Part shown: positions 37,633 to 47,355 of the stretch, one piece after another
Numbering within the stretch: position 1 is the stretch's first letter
Layout: each line of letters opens with the position of its first letter
From: Minisyncoccota bacterium
GTDB taxonomy: Bacteria; Patescibacteriota; Minisyncoccia; Phycocordibacterales; UBA9973
Assembly: GCA_041661005.1 (NCBI GenBank)
Contig: JBAZVG010000001.1
Span: 6,019 to 70,018 of the forward strand
Length of the DNA: 64,000 nt
Reading direction: 5' to 3'
Made by a program: the position numbers and the translations under genes
The notes under the pieces: generated by a model
The model's input: the letters and a program-made list of their open reading frames with translations, nothing else
The model's database searches: none
Told to the model about the DNA's origin: nothing

Positions 37633-37641
37633 TTTTTTTTC

Positions 37642-40113
37642 ATGAAAAAATCTTTAGAGACAAAAGAAGACGCAGGCGGTGTAGACAAAATTCTTCCAGT
37701 TGATGTCGTGACTGAAATGAAAGAGTCGTATTTGGCATACGCGATGTCTGTCATCACATCTCGCGCCTTGCCTGACGTCAGGGACGGATTGAAGCCGGTG
37801 CATCGCAGAATTTTGTTCGCCATGCATGAGATGGGACTCACCTCTTCCGCGCGTTTTAGGAAATCAGCCGCAGTTGTCGGAGATGTGCTTGGTAAATACC
37901 ATCCGCATGGAGATGTCGCAGTTTATGATTCGATGGTGGGCATGGCGCAAGAATTTTCTTATCGTTATCCGTTTATTTTGGGGCAGGGGAACTTCGGTTC
38001 CATTGATGGAGACAATGCCGCCGCTATGCGTTACACCGAGGCAAAAATGTCTAAAATATCGGGAGAACTTCTGAGAGATTTAGAAAAAGAAACAGTTGAT
38101 TTTCGCCCCAATTACGATCAGACCCGCAAAGAGCCGATAGTCTTTCCTTCTTCTGTGCCGGCGTTACTTTTGAACGGCACCTTGGGCATCGCTGTCGGTA
38201 TGGCTACGAATATCCCTCCACATAATTTGGCTGAAGTTTTGGATGCTACTAATCTTTTAATTGAAAATGAAGATGCTACGACAGAGGATTTGATGCAGTT
38301 TATAAAAGGTCCAGATTTTCCCACTGGGGGAATAATCTATGGATACAAAGACATGCTCCACGCTTACTCAGGAGGACGAGGTGGTGTCGTGACGAGAGGT
38401 GAAGCGGAAATAGTCGAACAAAAAGATGGTAATTTCTCCATTATCATAACTTCGATTCCTTTTCGAGTAAATAAATCAAATTTGATAATGGCGATAGCGG
38501 AGCTGGTGCAGGAAAAAAAGTTGGAAGGTATAAAAGGGCTTCGCGATGAATCAACCAAAGACATCAGGGTTGTGATCGATCTGAAAAGCAGCGCGCATCC
38601 TGAAAAAGTTTTAAATTATATTTACAAAAATACCCAGCTTGAATCAAATTTTAATTTCAATATTGTGGCGTTGGTGGATGGAGTTCCTCAGACCTTGTCA
38701 CTTAAATCAATTCTCGAGCAGTTTGTTTTACACAGAAAGGAGATTGTAAAAAGAAGAAGCGCTTACGATCTAAAAAGGGCCGAAGAGCGCGAGCATATCT
38801 TGCTTGGTCTCAAAAAAGCGTTGGACAAGATAGATCGTGTGATAACCGTGATCCGTGGATCCAAAAATTCTCAAATCGCAAAATTTAATTTAATGAAAGA
38901 ATTCAAGTTTTCTGATTTGCAGGCGACGGCAATTCTCGAAATGAAGCTGTCAAAATTGGCCGGGTTAGAGAGGCAAGCAGTAGAGGACGAACTCAAAGAA
39001 AAACAGAAATTTATTGCAGAGATGAAAGATCTCTTGGCAAGTCCAAAGAAAATTCTAAAGACAATTGCTACGGAATTAAAAGAAATTCGCGAGAAGTATG
39101 CCGACGAGAGAAGGACAAAGATAGTGAAGGGTGGAGTCAAAGAAATTTCTGACGAAGATTTAGTGCCAGAAAAAGAAACAATGCTTGTTTTGACGGCTGG
39201 CGGATATGTAAAATGCACTGATCCTTCTGAATATCACGCGCAAAAGCGGGGTGGAGTCGGAGTGGTTGACCTTGAAACCAAAGAAGAAGATTTTGTGACG
39301 ATGCTCGTATCCGGTTCTACTCACAGCAATCTACTTTTCTTTACAAATCTCGGCAAAGTTTATCAAATGAAAATGTATGATATTCCCGAAGGTCGCAGGG
39401 CGACTCGCGGTAAATCGATTATGAACTTTTTAGCGCTAGGAGGAGAGGAAAAAGTAACTTCGATTCTTGCAATGCCGAAAGATTTAACTAAAACTTCTTC
39501 TTCACTTATGCTGGTTACCAAGAATGGCACAGCAAAAAAAATGTCTTCAGAAAGTTTCAAAGATGTGCGCCGAAGTGGAATTATTGCCATTCGTTTAGAT
39601 AAAGATGATCAGCTTGTTTCTGCTCTTTCTATAGAAAAAGGAGATGAGGTTATGATCGCGACAGCTGAAGGTCAATCAATCAGATTTAAAGAATCTGATA
39701 TCAGAGAGATGGGTAGGACGGCAGGAGGTGTGCGTGGAATAAAACTAAGCAAAAATGATGCAGTTATTGGTGTGGATGTTATAAAAAATAATCAACAAAA
39801 AGAAAAAAGATCTGGGGCATTTTTGACCATGAGCGCAAATGGGTTTGGAAAGAAGACCGATCTGAAAGAATATAAAGTTCAAAAACGCGGCGGTTCCGGT
39901 GTGAAAACCGCGAAAGTTACTACAAAAACAGGCAAGCTCATTGTTGCGAAAGTTTTGACTGGCGAGGAAGAAGAATTGATTGCCATGTCCAAAAAAGGTC
40001 AGGTCATCCGAACAGCTTTAAAAGATATTTCATCCCTTGGCAGACAAACACAAGGTGTGACAATTATGCGTCTCCGCGCCGGCGATGGCATTGCATCGCT
40101 TGCGTGTATCTGA
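37642..40113 (+). CDS. gyrA: DNA gyrase subunit A
   Basis: [28 protein letters not shown] with the active-site Tyr region, and C-terminal beta-pinwheel repeats. No gyrB lies adjacent. Confidence 0.9.
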   Translation: MKKSLETKEDAGGVDKILPVDVVTEMKESYLAYAMSVITSRALPDVRDGLKPVHRRILFAMHEMGLTSSARFRKSAAVVGDVLGKYHPHGDVAVYDSMVGMAQEFSYRYPFILGQGNFGSIDGDNAAAMRYTEAKMSKISGELLRDLEKETVDFRPNYDQTRKEPIVFPSSVPALLLNGTLGIAVGMATNIPPHNLAEVLDATNLLIENEDATTEDLMQFIKGPDFPTGGIIYGYKDMLHAYSGGRGGVVTRGEAEIVEQKDGNFSIIITSIPFRVNKSNLIMAIAELVQEKKLEGIKGLRDESTKDIRVVIDLKSSAHPEKVLNYIYKNTQLESNFNFNIVALVDGVPQTLSLKSILEQFVLHRKEIVKRRSAYDLKRAEEREHILLGLKKALDKIDRVITVIRGSKNSQIAKFNLMKEFKFSDLQATAILEMKLSKLAGLERQAVEDELKEKQKFIAEMKDLLASPKKILKTIATELKEIREKYADERRTKIVKGGVKEISDEDLVPEKETMLVLTAGGYVKCTDPSEYHAQKRGGVGVVDLETKEEDFVTMLVSGSTHSNLLFFTNLGKVYQMKMYDIPEGRRATRGKSIMNFLALGGEEKVTSILAMPKDLTKTSSSLMLVTKNGTAKKMSSESFKDVRRSGIIAIRLDKDDQLVSALSIEKGDEVMIATAEGQSIRFKESDIREMGRTAGGVRGIKLSKNDAVIGVDVIKNNQQKEKRSGAFLTMSANGFGKKTDLKEYKVQKRGGSGVKTAKVTTKTGKLIVAKVLTGEEEELIAMSKKGQVIRTALKDISSLGRQTQGVTIMRLRAGDGIASLACI

Positions 40114-40227
40114 TTCTCCTCTTGAGGAGTACTCCGACCTAGGTCGGAGGGAGGTGGATGAATTCTCCACCCCGTCTCGCAAGCGAGCCACCCCTCAAGA
40201 GGGGAATAAATATGGTATAATTAACTC

Positions 40228-40752
40228 ATGTTCACCGATCCAATAAAAAATCTAAAAGCTTTAGGATTGCGAGAAGATAATATTGTTGCTGATCTTGGCG
40301 CAGGGACAGGATTCTATTCTGTTGCCGCAGGTCATATAGTCCCCAAGGGAAAAGTTTATGCTGTTGAAATCGATAAGGACTTTTTGGCGACAATAAAGGA
40401 AAAAGTAAAAGAGGCTCGTCTCAACAACGTCGAGATTCTCTGGGGAGATATATCTAAAAATGGCGGGACTAATATAGGAAACAAGATTGTGGATGCGGTG
40501 ATTGCTTCCAACGTTCTTTTTCAAGTGGAAGATAAACACAGATTTATTGAAGAGATAAAAAGAATATTAAAACCGAGGGGTAGGGTGTTGTTGATTGATT
40601 GGGTGGAGTCTCCGATTGTGAATGCCAAGACTGTTGTTCCCAAAAACAAAGCTCGCGAGATGTTTGAAAAAAAAGGTTTTATCTGGCAACAGGATATTAA
40701 CACAGGGGCGTATCATTATGGTATGATATTTGGGTTGGGCTCTAAAGATTAG
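40228..40752 (+). CDS. Class I SAM-dependent methyltransferase
   Basis: VADLGAGTGFYS (motif I). Confidence 0.65.
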   Translation: MFTDPIKNLKALGLREDNIVADLGAGTGFYSVAAGHIVPKGKVYAVEIDKDFLATIKEKVKEARLNNVEILWGDISKNGGTNIGNKIVDAVIASNVLFQVEDKHRFIEEIKRILKPRGRVLLIDWVESPIVNAKTVVPKNKAREMFEKKGFIWQQDINTGAYHYGMIFGLGSKD

Positions 40753-40766
40753 GTTTTGGTCAAAAC

Positions 40767-42059
40767 ATGAAAAATTTTCAGATTGTAACTATAATCGTAT
40801 TCATTGCTCTAGCTGTTTTTGGCGTTTTGGTTTTTTCCGGCGCGATCCCGATTGGGGACGACAATACTCCCGGAGGATTGGGTACTGTAGTTTTATGGGG
40901 AACGATAAATGGAACTACATTGGCGCCGCTCTTGGAAGAGTTTAATAATGTTAATCCGACTTTTACAGTAAAATATGAACAAAAGGGGATTAATAATTTT
41001 GATCAGGAGCTGCTTGAAGCGCTGGCTAGCGGTGTGGGACCGGACATGTTTTTCTTGCCCGATGATCTCGCGTTTCATTATGCCAATAAAATTTTCCCTA
41101 TCCCATACGAGAGTTATCCTCTAGTCTCTTTTAAGAACAATTTTGCAAGCGCAGGCGAAGTATTTTTGACTTCACGCGGTATTTTAGCTTTTCCATTGTC
41201 TATTGATCCACTGATGATGTATTACAATCGTAGCCAGCTGGATGCTAATGGAATTATTCGCCCGCCAGTTTTATGGGATGATCTGGTTGATATGGTGCCG
41301 AAACTTACCAAGAAAGATGATTCAAATAAAATATCCAAAAGCGCGGTTGCGTTGGGGCATTTTTCAAATGTTACCCATGCCAAAGACATTTTGTCCGCTC
41401 TTTTTATGCAGACGGGGAATAGCATTGTCACGGAGCAAAATGGGGTTTTCAATACAAACCTTGATACGCCCAATCCAAAATACAACCTCGCATCGATCTT
41501 AAAATTTTACACTGGTTTTGCCGACCCAAACAACAGAGATCTATATTCCTGGAATAAATCATTTCCTAATTCCAGTGATTCATTTTCCAGAGAAGATTTG
41601 ACGTTTTATTTCGGATTTGCGAGCGAACTTGTGCCCTTGATAAATAAAAATCCCAATCAAGATTTGGCTGTCGCGCCTATTCCGCAAATCAAAAATTCGA
41701 ATTTCAAATTGACCACGGCGCAAGTGATGGGGATAGCACTACTATCATCATCTAAGAATTTTAATACAGCTTTTACAGCAGCGAGCCTCATGGCTACAGG
41801 AGATTTTGCTTCCAAGTTTGCTGTCGCTTTAGGGGTGGCGCCAGCCCGTCGCGACCTGCTCAAGGTGAAGCCAACAGACGCTTATTCCCCAATTTTTTAT
41901 GATTCAGCTCTCTATGCAAAAAGCTGGCTTGACCCTAGAGAAAAGGATACAGACAACATCTTCCGTAACATGATCGATGGAGTGCTATCGAACAACATGA
42001 CTGTCCAAAGCGCGATATCTGATGCCAGCGCGAAAATTAATTTATTATTGCAGAGATAA
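40767..42059 (+). CDS. Extracellular solute-binding protein (ABC transporter, family 1-like)
   Basis: N-terminal TM/lipobox-like anchor; 430 aa with SBP_bac_1-like composition. No cognate permease lies adjacent. Confidence 0.55.
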   Translation: MKNFQIVTIIVFIALAVFGVLVFSGAIPIGDDNTPGGLGTVVLWGTINGTTLAPLLEEFNNVNPTFTVKYEQKGINNFDQELLEALASGVGPDMFFLPDDLAFHYANKIFPIPYESYPLVSFKNNFASAGEVFLTSRGILAFPLSIDPLMMYYNRSQLDANGIIRPPVLWDDLVDMVPKLTKKDDSNKISKSAVALGHFSNVTHAKDILSALFMQTGNSIVTEQNGVFNTNLDTPNPKYNLASILKFYTGFADPNNRDLYSWNKSFPNSSDSFSREDLTFYFGFASELVPLINKNPNQDLAVAPIPQIKNSNFKLTTAQVMGIALLSSSKNFNTAFTAASLMATGDFASKFAVALGVAPARRDLLKVKPTDAYSPIFYDSALYAKSWLDPREKDTDNIFRNMIDGVLSNNMTVQSAISDASAKINLLLQR

Positions 42060-42099
42060 TCAGGTTCTAGTTTCTAGGGGCTAGGTTTTTAGTAAACAA

Positions 42100-42915
42100 A
42101 TGCAAATTCAAGAAATAAAAAAAAACGCTATTCACTCCCGCAAACCAATTTTGTTATTTTGGCTATCTATCATTGTTGCAGTCGGACTTTTGAGTCCTAT
42201 AACAGAAATAAATGCGCAGGCGTCGAGGAAGGCACCGTGTTTTATCCCCAATGGGGACGGGACAGGCGGTAGAGTTTTAACGATGAATCGACAGGAATGC
42301 GAATCGTTTTTTGGAACATTTGATGCCACTTCGGCTCCAGCACGGGAGATAAGGGGTGAAAATCCTAGCGATATTGACTGCATTCTCTATGACGCGGATG
42401 GGGTATCAAATCCTAGAATTGTAAGGATGACTCGAATTGTATGTGAATCCTATCATGGAACACCTAGTGCAGCGAATCTTGGCACGGGTCAACCTGCCAC
42501 TGGTACTAATGTTAATTCGGCTCCAGTTGTCGCTCCCACTCAGTCTGTTACTGTATTTTCTTTTGCAGAGATAGACACGGATAAACCAGATGTTGAGGGA
42601 GGCTTGGTGCCCTGTGGTCATCCGGATGCTCAAGGTAATATAACTAACCCCTGTAGTTTCAAGGATGCTCTAACTCTCATAAACACCATAATAAAGTTTA
42701 TTCTTTTTGATTTAGCGATTCCGATTGCCGCCGTGATGTTCGCTTATGCGGGTTTTAAACTGGTAACTTCCGGAGGTAGCTCTGAGGCTAGGGGGCAGGC
42801 GAAAAATATTTTCTCCAACGCAGTTTTTGGGCTGGTGATTGCCGCTGGCGCTTGGCTCATTATCAGGACGATATTATCAGTTTTGGGTTATCAAGGGGCT
42901 TGGATTGGATTTTAA
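42100..42915 (+). CDS. Secreted protein, paralog 1 of a five-member tandem family with a C-terminal two-TM pilin-like module
   Basis: Signal peptide, Cys-containing N-domain, C-terminal IPIAAVMFAYAGFKLVTSGGSSEARGQAKNIFSNAVFGLVIAAGAW. Nucleotides 42130..42500 are near-identical to 42975..43345. Confidence 0.45.
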   Translation: MQIQEIKKNAIHSRKPILLFWLSIIVAVGLLSPITEINAQASRKAPCFIPNGDGTGGRVLTMNRQECESFFGTFDATSAPAREIRGENPSDIDCILYDADGVSNPRIVRMTRIVCESYHGTPSAANLGTGQPATGTNVNSAPVVAPTQSVTVFSFAEIDTDKPDVEGGLVPCGHPDAQGNITNPCSFKDALTLINTIIKFILFDLAIPIAAVMFAYAGFKLVTSGGSSEARGQAKNIFSNAVFGLVIAAGAWLIIRTILSVLGYQGAWIGF

Positions 42916-42951
42916 TGTGGTGTATAATACCGTTGTGAATTTTTTAATTTT

Positions 42952-43686
42952 ATGAGGAGAAATTTTAACAAACCAATTTTGTTATTTTGGCTATCTATCA
43001 TTGTTGCAGTCGGACTTTTGAGTCCTATAACAGAAATAAATGCGCAGGCGTCGAGGAAGGCACCGTGTTTTATCCCCAATGGGGACGGGACAGGCGGTAG
43101 AGTTTTAACGATGAATCGACAGGAATGCGAATCGTTTTTTGGAACATTTGATGCCACTTCGGCTCCAGCACGGGAGATAAGGGGTGAAAATCCTAGCGAT
43201 ATTGACTGCATTCTCTATGACGCGGATGGGGTATCAAATCCCAGAATTGTAAGGATGACTCGAATTGTATGTGAATCCTATCATGGAACACCTAGTGCAG
43301 CGAATCTTGGCACGGGTCAACCTGCCACCAGTACTAATATTAATTCGTCTCCAGTTGTCGCTCCCACTCAGTCTGTTACTTATGATTCATCTCCATGTAT
43401 TGGCAAGATCTGCAACCCTCTGGGTACTAAAGGGGTAGCCAGTATCCCAGCTTTCATTCAAAAACTTTTAGAAGGCGTCTTGCAGATTGGCATACCCATC
43501 GTGGCGCTCGCTATCATTTATTGTGGTTTCCTGTTTGTGGCGGCTCGGGGTAATTCGGAAAAATTAGGCAAAGCCAAAGATGCCCTGCTCTATACCCTGA
43601 TCGGCGCGGCGATACTTTTGGGGTCGTGGGCTATTGCGCAGATGATATCCGCTACTGTCACTGGACTTGGGGCTGGAGTAGTATAA
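42952..43686 (+). CDS. Paralog 2 (recent tandem duplicate of paralog 1 over the first ~125 codons)
   Basis: Identical N-domain. C-terminal GIPIVALAIIYCGFLFVAARGNSEKLGKAKDALLYTLIGAAILLGSWAI. Confidence 0.45.
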   Translation: MRRNFNKPILLFWLSIIVAVGLLSPITEINAQASRKAPCFIPNGDGTGGRVLTMNRQECESFFGTFDATSAPAREIRGENPSDIDCILYDADGVSNPRIVRMTRIVCESYHGTPSAANLGTGQPATSTNINSSPVVAPTQSVTYDSSPCIGKICNPLGTKGVASIPAFIQKLLEGVLQIGIPIVALAIIYCGFLFVAARGNSEKLGKAKDALLYTLIGAAILLGSWAIAQMISATVTGLGAGVV

Positions 43687-43709
43687 TTTTTATTATAGAT
43701 TAAAATAAT

Positions 43710-44159
43710 ATGAAAAAAATCTTACCATATCTTCTGATGCTGACTATCCTTGTGGGACTTCTTAGTCCAGTAACGGTGACGCGTGGAGCTGATGTTTTTG
43801 ATCCTACTAATAGATCTAATACAGTTAATGTGTCAGAATCGTCAACTTCGTCCACTTTTGTGACTTGTAGGTTGGATAATAAACCAAAACTTCAGCATCT
43901 TTTAAATTACGCCACTTGCATCATAAATACGTCGGTGATTCCTTTGATTTTTGCTTTGGCGATTGTGATGTTTGTCTGGGGAGTGGTGCAGTTTGTGATA
44001 AATAGCGACGACGAAGCAAAAAAGACTAAAGGCAAGATGTTTATGATTTGGGGCATCGTCGCTTTGACGGTGATGGTTTCGGTTTGGGGCTTGGTGGCGA
44101 TACTGGGAAATACTTTCGGCGTTAATACCGGCATTATTCCACAGGTCAAGTCCCCATAG
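43710..44159 (+). CDS. Paralog 3 of pilin-like family
   Basis: IPLIFALAIVMFVWGVVQFVINSDDEAKKTKGKMFMIWGIVALTVMVSVWGLVAILGNTFGVN. Confidence 0.45.
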   Translation: MKKILPYLLMLTILVGLLSPVTVTRGADVFDPTNRSNTVNVSESSTSSTFVTCRLDNKPKLQHLLNYATCIINTSVIPLIFALAIVMFVWGVVQFVINSDDEAKKTKGKMFMIWGIVALTVMVSVWGLVAILGNTFGVNTGIIPQVKSP

Positions 44160-44162
44160 TTG

Positions 44163-44228
44163 CCCCGTAGTGAATTTTGGCGAGGCGCAAAGCGCAAGTT
44201 ATAAACATCGCCAAAATCTACTACGGGG
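44163..44228. repeat. REP-like long hairpin repeat, copy 1
   Basis: ccccgtagtgaattttggcga ... tcgccaaaatctactacgggg: a 21-bp stem with one G-U and one A-C mismatch that are conserved in all copies. Confidence 0.6.
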
Positions 44229-44256
44229 TTGCTTTGTTTTATTTATGTTTGTGGTA

Positions 44257-44334
44257 CCCCGTAGTGAATTTTGGCAACATGTTTTAGATTGGTTAGTTTT
44301 AAACAAACTAACCTTGCCAAAATCTACTACGGGG
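44257..44334. repeat. REP-like long hairpin repeat, copy 2 (different loop)
   Basis: ccccgtagtgaattttggcaa ... ttgccaaaatctactacgggg. Confidence 0.6.
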
Positions 44335-44386
44335 TGGTATTATTAAGGAATATTATTAATATTATTATTTAGAGTCGTAAAAAATT

Positions 44387-44794
44387 ATGAAAAAGAAATT
44401 AGTTGTTTTGTCAGGTTTTGTTTTAGGTTTGGCTCCGGTTGTAGCGTTGGCGCAAATTAATCTTGGTGGTGGTCCTACCGGAAGTTGCGTTCTTGGTAAT
44501 GGAGGTACAATTTTTGGTATATTTTGCCGAGTTGGGCAGATTCTTAATTCCATTGTGCCCATATTGATTGCCCTAGGAATTGTTTACTTTGTTTGGGGAG
44601 TCATTTCTTATGTAATCGGTGGCGACGAAGAAGCAAAGAAGAAAGGAAGAGACAAAATAATCTATGGCATTATTGGTTTAGCTGTTATTGTTGCGGTCTG
44701 GGGGCTTGTGGGAATTTTAACTAGAACCTTTGGTGTTAATAATACATTTCAAGGAAATATTCCAACTATTCCTGTTCCCAATCAAGTTAATTAG
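44387..44794 (+). CDS. Paralog 4 of pilin-like family
   Basis: VPILIALGIVYFVWGVISYVIGGDEEAKKKGRDKIIYGIIGLAVIVAVWGLVGILTRTFGVNN. Confidence 0.45.
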   Translation: MKKKLVVLSGFVLGLAPVVALAQINLGGGPTGSCVLGNGGTIFGIFCRVGQILNSIVPILIALGIVYFVWGVISYVIGGDEEAKKKGRDKIIYGIIGLAVIVAVWGLVGILTRTFGVNNTFQGNIPTIPVPNQVN

Positions 44795-44810
44795 TATCAT
44801 TTCTAATGAT

Positions 44811-45140
44811 ATGGATATATTCTCCACCAATGTGGCTTATGCGGATGGGCGTTTTGACAAGTTTTTGACGAATGTCAACACAGAAATCATCAATCCACTC
44901 ATACTGTTCCTTTTTGCTCTCGCGATGGTGTTTTTCCTCTACGGCGTGTTTGAGTTTATTGCAAATGGCGCCAATGATGAGAAAAAGACAACTGGGAAAA
45001 GTCACATGATTTGGGGTGTTGTCGGGCTTACCATTATGATGGGGGTTTGGGCGATTCTTAATATTATTTTGAGTACGTTTGATATTCCAAAAAGTCAGAT
45101 AAACCCAGAACAGGGAACTGTGACTTTGCCACCAAAATAG
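44811..45140 (+). CDS. Paralog 5 of pilin-like family (no obvious signal peptide)
   Basis: NPLILFLFALAMVFFLYGVFEFIANGANDEKKTTGKSHMIWGVVGLTIMMGVWAIL. Start chosen at Met 44811 downstream of the paralog 4 stop. Confidence 0.4.
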   Translation: MDIFSTNVAYADGRFDKFLTNVNTEIINPLILFLFALAMVFFLYGVFEFIANGANDEKKTTGKSHMIWGVVGLTIMMGVWAILNIILSTFDIPKSQINPEQGTVTLPPK

Positions 45141-45211
45141 TAGAAAGATTCTATAGAAACAAAAAGGCGATTCAGAACGAATCGCCTTTTTGTTTTGTTA
45201 CTAGATTAACT

Positions 45212-45973
45212 TTAGTCGTGTTTCAACGGAGCTGTGTGATATTTTTCACCCATGCCATAAACTTTCCTAACCAAGATGACTATCACGAGAATCAGTATCG
45301 CAAAGAATATCCATTGAACCAAACCAGAAGGGTGTACACCGTTTGATCCAAAAATAGCGTTGGATGCGAGATTGTTGAAATTTTCTGTTTCACTTCCAGA
45401 TGGAATCGTGTCAACAAAATTCGTACCGGTGTCGTTTGCTTTGTTGTTATTTGACGTGGTTTTAGAAGAGGCAACGGAGTTACTTACTTTTATGGTGAAA
45501 AAAACTGCATTGGAATGTCCTCCTCCCGGAGCGCTGTTAAAAACGGTGATGAAGAATCCGCCATTGTTCAGGTATTTATAAGTGTCCTCTCCGGTTATTT
45601 GGATCAAGAGACGAGAGCTATCGATAAAAGTAGTTGGTCGGTTTGAGCCGTTTATTCTGACAACGGAATTTGAGACAAAACCTTTTCCAGTTATGGTTAT
45701 GGTTTTTGTGCCTATGCCGATATTACTAGAGCTTGGATTCACAGAAACAATAATCGGTGTCGGGTTATAGGATGGTGCATTATCTGTTTCTGCCGATTTT
45801 CTCAAGTCTATATAGCCATTATAATAGTTGGGGTAAGGTGCTTCAGAACTTACTTTTATGGGCATAACAGCAAGTCCAAAAATTGAAACAAGAAACAAAG
45901 CAGGAAATACATAACTTATTGAGTTTTTATTTATATTTTTCATACTATTATAGTATAGCATATTCAGGTTCAA
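45212..45973 (-). CDS. Cell-surface protein with IPT/TIG-like Ig-fold domain and C-terminal TM anchor
   Basis: PIIVSVNPSSSNIGIGTKTITITGKGFVSNSVVRINGSN is IPT/TIG-like. Signal peptide and a C-terminal hydrophobic anchor. Confidence 0.45.
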   Translation of the reverse strand: MNLNMLYYNSMKNINKNSISYVFPALFLVSIFGLAVMPIKVSSEAPYPNYYNGYIDLRKSAETDNAPSYNPTPIIVSVNPSSSNIGIGTKTITITGKGFVSNSVVRINGSNRPTTFIDSSRLLIQITGEDTYKYLNNGGFFITVFNSAPGGGHSNAVFFTIKVSNSVASSKTTSNNNKANDTGTNFVDTIPSGSETENFNNLASNAIFGSNGVHPSGLVQWIFFAILILVIVILVRKVYGMGEKYHTAPLKHD

Positions 45974-46049
45974 AAGTCAATAGCACATGACCCGCATTTA
46001 ACCTGTTAGTAGACAGATCGAGAGAGTTAATTTTACACTCAATCAGATC

Positions 46050-46436
46050 TTAGTAAGGATATGAATAGGAATAGCTTGGGTATGAATAGTTTCCATAATA
46101 ACCGTAGTCATAACTTTCGTAAGGCATGTAAATGTAGTTATTTCCATAGTAATATGAAGGGGCGGAATAAGTAGAATAATAAGAGCTACCACAGCTATAA
46201 CCACATCCATAATCGTAGTTATTATAATCATAGCCGTAATTACTGCCTATGTAATAGGATGAGGGTTGAGAGTAAGAATAATAAGATGATCCGTTGCAAG
46301 CAAATCCGCAATTATAACCATTGTAATAACCATTAGAAATATATTTATTGTTGTAATAACTATTATTGTGCTTGGCATAAACAGGAACAGCCACAAAAGA
46401 CACTATTATTATGACTATACTAAGAAATTTTTTCAT
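46050..46436 (-). CDS. Secreted Tyr/Gly/Ser/Asn-rich low-complexity protein (~35% Tyr)
   Basis: Signal peptide, then YYNNKYISNGYYNGYNCGFACNGSSYYSYSQPSSYYIGSNYGYDYNNYDYGCGYSCGSSYY... Confidence 0.4.
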   Translation of the reverse strand: MKKFLSIVIIIVSFVAVPVYAKHNNSYYNNKYISNGYYNGYNCGFACNGSSYYSYSQPSSYYIGSNYGYDYNNYDYGCGYSCGSSYYSTYSAPSYYYGNNYIYMPYESYDYGYYGNYSYPSYSYSYPY

Positions 46437-46527
46437 ATGAATATGCTAACATTTTTAAATTTAAAAGTCAATGGCCCCGTGCAACAAGTTGCGCCGGGGC
46501 CATAGAGATGATTTGAGCTGCTTGGTT

Positions 46528-47355
46528 TTACCAAGCCCCTACCACTCTGGTAGGGTTAGGGTCGCATATGTACCCATTGTAGGGTTGCCCGAAGACAACC
46601 CTACCGCCCCAATGTGGGTACACCACTACGGGTGGCGGTGGCGGTGTCGTCCAGTATACCACTGGAGGCGGGCAGGCTGGTGGTGGCATGACTACCACAG
46701 GTTGCGGGGGGCAGACCATCGTTGGTTGTGCGGTCTGTGTGACCGCGACGCTGTTCGTCGCCGTCGCCGAAGCTTGCGCGCTGCCGGCCACGTTGTTGAT
46801 GATGATCGGTGCCGGCGCTGGCAGGTACACCACCGTGTTGGTAATCCAGTTGGTGACTACGGTCGTCGGGGGTGAAGGGGGTGTCGTCGGCAGAGGGGTT
46901 GTAGATGGGAAGAGGTTTTTCAACCTTTCAAAATACGACACCCTTCCGGCTTCATGACCGTTTCTCTGTCCCTGGAGGTAAAGGAACCTGCCCATCGCTG
47001 GGCTAAGGCCTTGAAAGTGGGTCTCCAGGACATTCGTCCCGGACATTCTCACCTCCACGGCTTCGAGTTCCTCCCCCTTGGGGAGAATCTTGACTATTTC
47101 CGGTTCCGCTGGTTTGGTGTCGGCAGCCCTGGAGGAGGATACGCAGGATGTGAGCCCCCATACTAGCAGGCCCAACAATCCCAGTGTTCCAACTGCCAAA
47201 CCGATTTTGGTCTTTCCACCGAGACTGTTGAAGGTGGTGGGGGTAGGAGGGGTATCGTTCATAGTTTGTTTCGTTGTTTGTTTGTTGTTTCCTGCAAGTT
47301 TGTCCTGCAAGACAGCAACCGAGAAAAGTTTATTTTCTAAGCTATTGTCTTGCAA
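46528..47355 (-). CDS. Pro/Thr/Val-rich membrane-anchored protein encoded in a locally GC-rich (~60%) segment
   Basis: One N-terminal TM (IGLAVGTLGLLGLLVWGL), then a PPxP-rich region (PPPACPPPVVYWTTPPPPPVVVYP). GC content is strikingly above the surrounding ~38%. Confidence 0.4.
   Translation of the reverse strand: MQDNSLENKLFSVAVLQDKLAGNNKQTTKQTMNDTPPTPTTFNSLGGKTKIGLAVGTLGLLGLLVWGLTSCVSSSRAADTKPAEPEIVKILPKGEELEAVEVRMSGTNVLETHFQGLSPAMGRFLYLQGQRNGHEAGRVSYFERLKNLFPSTTPLPTTPPSPPTTVVTNWITNTVVYLPAPAPIIINNVAGSAQASATATNSVAVTQTAQPTMVCPPQPVVVMPPPACPPPVVYWTTPPPPPVVVYPHWGGRVVFGQPYNGYICDPNPTRVVGAW

Noticed and set aside
42132-43211. Identical antisense ORFs 42132..42383(-) and 42912..43211(-)
   Set aside because: They mirror the duplicated 5' segments of pilin-like paralogs 1 and 2 and exist twice only because the sense genes are duplicated.
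46471-47166. Plus-strand ORFs 46471..46875, 46688..46957, 46954..47166, 47078..47428
   Set aside because: They are antisense shadows of the GC-rich Pro-rich minus-strand gene (Arg/Gly/Trp-rich translations).
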